A stretch of DNA of 64,000 nt, taken from positions 566,292 to 630,291 of the forward strand of contig NW_003314289.1 of the NCBI RefSeq assembly GCF_000143415.4. The letters are read 5' to 3'. This DNA is from Selaginella moellendorffii (Eukaryota; Plantae; Lycopodiophyta). A program made the position numbers and the translations under genes. Below, piece by piece: positions 59,750 through 64,000 of the stretch (position 1 is the stretch's first letter; the number at the start of each line of letters is the position of its first letter). The notes under the pieces are model-generated. The model was not told the origin of the DNA, did no database searches, and worked only from the letters and a program-made list of their open reading frames with translations.

Positions 59750-62700
59750 TCTTAGATGATATGTTATTTATAGTTAAGTATTATTAAAGGATTAATCTCG
59801 GATACTAAGTATAATATCTTTGACCTTGGTTAACTTGATTGCTAAAGAGCTTTGAATAGTGATTCACTCTTGCTTTCTTTTAATTTTATTCTAATGTTTT
59901 TGAAATGATACTTTGTTGTTAACATTGTTATGTTGAGATTTGAGTGAAATGAAATGTCTTTCTATAGGATTAATATTGAGTTTCATTAGTATCGATGTAG
60001 ATAGTATTAATGATTTGGCTGTAGTTTTGTGTTATTGACATTCATGCATTTGTTAGTTAGCAACTATATTGACATTCAAACAAGCTGAGTGGCAAATTTG
60101 AGTTAGTTGTGTTTTAGACGAGATTGTTTAATAGGGTTGAGTTTTGGCTTTTCCTTGAAAAGTGATTTATTCATAGACTATGCTAACTTCACGAAAAGAG
60201 TTAATGATCAATATTAAAGTTGTTAATTCTTTATTAGATTTAAGTTGAAGATATATCAGTCATTGATGATTCTTTTTGTGCTTGTTATGAAGTAAGTTAC
60301 GTCTTGCTATAGAAGATGGATTCATGGAGAATCGTTTGGTGATCACTTGTTCAGCATAACTTTGTTGTGTTTAACTTTTGAATTAGTGCAAACATACTCT
60401 TAATTGTTTTTGGCATTATGAAATTTAACTTCTGGATGTGCTGAGAAGGATATTGTGGGTTGTACTATGATTTTTTCTTTGGCATTGATATTAGTTTATG
60501 CGAAACTTGTGATCATTGTTAGGTGAGACTTGGCTATAAACCTTTTTCAAGCTTTTGGTTCTTTGAGTTTTATATTCATTGTTCCTTGGGGAAGGCATTT
60601 TGGCTCATTAGTTTCGATATTGAATTTAGTATTTGTATTTGGCAATCATTGGCAATGATTGACTATCATTTGGGATAATTAATTATCCTTGTTAAAAGTT
60701 TTATTTGATTTTTGTTGATGTAGAATGATTTGCTATTTTTTAGGATGGTGGATTCTTTCTTCGACAATGATTATGCATCTCTCTATTGATGGGATGATTG
60801 ATGATTTTTCATGATAATTAGTTGTTTTCTTTGATGGCTTTTTTACTTTTTGCATTACTATATGTTCTTTGCGGTTTGCTCTGGACTAGTCTCTTGGGTT
60901 TGAGATATCGGTAGGATGTTGCTGATGCTTGCTTAAGAAACTTGAGTTCCTTAGTATAGTTGACTAAAATCTATTTAGATTAGCTGATATGATCATGAAT
61001 GAATATTTGTTTGTTTTGCAACATTTATTTTGTTCTATTGATTATTTGTTACAATTTTTTTTGATAGATTGGATGATATTTCCTTTGGGTGATGCATTCA
61101 CGAGCATTTTACTTGTTAATTGATGATACTTTGTGTTCTTTGAATTGTCTTTTATAAATTGTTTGGCATACTATTTGCAAACTTTGATAGTTAAGGTTTA
61201 TTATTAAGTGTTCTTGATGATATATTTGTTATTGAATTTTGTTAGATAGTGAATCTTATATTTTCCAATTATGATGATCTTGGTGGTTTCTAGACTATAA
61301 TTTTAGTTTATTGGATGATAATTTATTTGGAATACTTTTGTGTTCTAATCTAGATTTATTCTTTGATATTGTCCATCTTTTGATTTTCTTGTTTGGGCTA
61401 GTATAGGTAGATTGGATTCGAAACTTCATGTACATAGTGAAATTTCTAGTCACAGAGTAACTACTATCAACTAATCACATCACCTACCTCTCTTTCAATG
61501 TTCTTTATTTTGTTTGAAAAAGGTATGCCTATATAAACAACTTTAACTACATTTAACTTTAACTTTACACTTATAGCAGTAAAGGTGGCTAACTTCATTG
61601 GATATTTCTGTAGGCTCCTGAATTTAGACTTTCCGGAAGGTCACCCAACCCAGTACTATTCAAACCCAAGGACGCTTAACCCCAAGTATCCCAAGACCCT
61701 TAACCAATTAAAAAAGGAGGTGCACTTTTATTCATAGGCCCTTTCCCTCTATATTTAAACCCTATAGATCGTCTCTCAAGTCGTTCTCTTTGGTTGCTTA
61801 CTATTTCCTTGTTGGCAATGGCCAAAAGGTGTTTGAGTTATAGCACTTTGCATTAGATAGAGAGATTATCCTAACTCATTTCAATTGGTGCATTTTTTAT
61901 AAAATATAAACACCATGAACTTTTTCTAAAGTTGTTTCCTTAGTGGTGGTCTAGACTAAAGTATGTATTAACAAGGACATCGATCTTCCTTAAGGGGGGG
62001 AGAGTGTCATGAATATGACTGCGAGTATCAAAAATTACCTATTAATGAATTCTTTTAGATATTCTTTCTTTACTACCATGACAACAAGAAGTCAGTATTG
62101 CTGATCCCTTTTTTAGTCTCTGCCTAAACTAGTTGAGAAATTGATCTTCACATGTGTATTTGACCAGATAAGCACTAATGATGGAAATCCTAAGTTGTCA
62201 TTAGTTAAGCATACTTAACACAGTGATGAGAAACCTATGTTATTAGCTTGCACTTGCTACTGTTAAGAACCTCGTGATATTGAGTTTGGTCCCTCAATAC
62301 TGACCAAATGATAGCTTACTATGTCTGTCAAAACACTCTCGCTACCATGCCCCTTGTGTTGTTTTATTTGGTCCCATTAGCTATTTATGGAAAGTGTCTA
62401 AATCTACTAATTGGGCATATCTATGGAATGTAGAGATTATCCTGAACACAATAATGTTGTTTCTACTTCCAAATTCACAATATAGCGCCATTCCATATTT
62501 AGTAAGTTTCATGTTTGTCCCACAGACTAACTCTTGGTTGTTTAGGAGTTTTGCTCCATTCCTTCATTCAATGGCCCAAGGCCCTAAAACTCATGTTCTA
62601 TGTTGTTGTCCTTGAACACGTGCTATGTAACACGTGGCATATAGTGGGTTTAGGTCCACTTCGTGGTTATCCTATAATAAATCACCATAAGATAAAGAGT

Positions 62701-64000
62701 GAAAACCATATATACTACATCATGTGCTAGTGGAACATAATTTGGATCCTAGGCATTTAGTAGTAGAACTAAAGTTTGATCTTGGCTATTTAATTATGGA
62801 ACTAGAGTGTGATCTAAAGCTTCCTCAACCTCTCCATCATTACTAGCATTGCCATTATTACTAACATTGATAACTTCCTCTTGGTTTAGTATAGGGGTTT
62901 TCTTCCTTAGAAGCTCCAACTCCTAAAAGCAATCTATCTTTTGTGCTTTTGGAATTCTTACAAATATTATTGGTTACATTCTGCCATCCCTTACACCCTT
63001 TGCAACAAATCAAGTGCAAATAAGTGCCTCAAATGGCATGCCTCTATATCGAAGATACCTGTAAATAATATATTTAAGAAAGATCTTAGAAATTGTGTTA
63101 TACTTATAAGCCATGAAATAATGCTCACCATATTGACAATCATAAATTGTCATCCTTGTCAATCTTTATAAGTTGCCAAGCCTCCAAATGGCTAATAAGC
63201 ATGTTATCGAATTCAAGGGACTTCCTCCTCTAAATAGAATCCCAATTATTTATGATCTCAGGTGTGACAGTAATGATCTCTATTGTTTTTGGTTTGCAAA
63301 AAGAGACTAAAAACATATTGATATTCATTATAAAGCTATTTTGCTTGAACAAACTCTATGTCTTAATTGACATACTTGGATGCTATATACACAAGGTTTG
63401 TCTGCTATAAATAGTATAAGGGGTTTCCTAGATCAAGTCATCAGGGCCTAGCCATTTGAGCACTTCAAAAGCTTTAGCACAAATTCTAAGTTAGCAACAT
63501 TTAAGGAGTTGAGAGCAATTAATAGATTATCTAAGGTTGTCCACTCTTCAATCCTAATTGCTAATAAGCCATTCCAAGTTTAGTAAAGGAAAAAAGTTAT
63601 AAATATCAAGGTGGTGGAGAAAGTAATTGGTTATATTAGGGAGATGGATGAAGAACTCTTTTGTAAAGTAGATCTATCAAAGTACAAAACAATATTGAGG
63701 TATTATAATAAGCATGAGCTTAAGTTTGGTATTCTACAAATTTAACCACAACTTCATATAGTGTTTAGTAAAGTTGAGATAAAAAAGGACAATGATGAAG
63801 ACTAAGGAGATAAGACAAACGATGCAATAGTTAAAAAGTTAGCCAATATCTTGTATTCATGTAACACTTTTATCACTTTCTACTCTTCAAGTTTTAACTT
63901 TCTCTATTTTTCAAGTATTTCAAATTTGTGTGGAAGGCAATTCCAACTATTGTTGAGCCATGGTTATGCCTTACTTCACTTACCTATTAGGGACAAAGAA
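59750..64000. mobile_element. Highly decayed gypsy-type pol remnants
   Basis: AT-rich with no long ORFs; residual integrase/RT-like segments; PPT-like AAGGGGGGGAGAG followed by TG at ~61992-62006. Confidence 0.45.
61609..61802 (-). mobile_element. Solo LTR of the Cassandra-like TRIM (194 bp)
   Basis: Reverse complement matches LTR 43523-43716 including the 5S-like segment; perfect TSD ATTTC (61604-61608, 61803-61807). Confidence 0.9.

Overview
Eukaryotic land-plant genomic DNA. The very short (~45-60 bp) GT-AG introns and tight gene spacing suggest a lycophyte such as Selaginella (inference). Bases ~2.1-20.3 kb are a dense gene island: a degenerate YebC/TACO1-like gene, HASTY/exportin-5, a TBL O-acetyltransferase, two tandem DnaJ genes, an RlmI-like methyltransferase, a DHU1-like LRR-WD40 gene and an F-box/LRR gene. 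The remainder is nested transposons. The main result is a 13.3-kb DNA transposon (24239-37512) with perfect 24-bp TIRs and a CTCG TSD, inserted in the RT of a Ty3/gypsy element. It carries a Sola1-like transposase and a divergent 11-exon gene of ~1,640 aa that appears to join a ParB/Srx-like domain, a degenerate DNA-methyltransferase-like fold and an FCP1-like HAD domain. About 20 copies of a 22-bp palindrome (ATGGCRTGWGGCCWCAYGCCAT) are scattered through the element, mostly in introns, suggesting a self-recognition system (parS-like or VANC-like). Second, a full-length chromovirus (52365-59742) has two apparently genuine spliceosomal introns in its integrase. Also present: a 5S-bearing Cassandra-like TRIM and solo LTR, a hAT element with an 8-bp TSD, and a decayed gypsy element with nested inversions. 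All domain calls come from motif recognition by eye and need HMM or structure confirmation.
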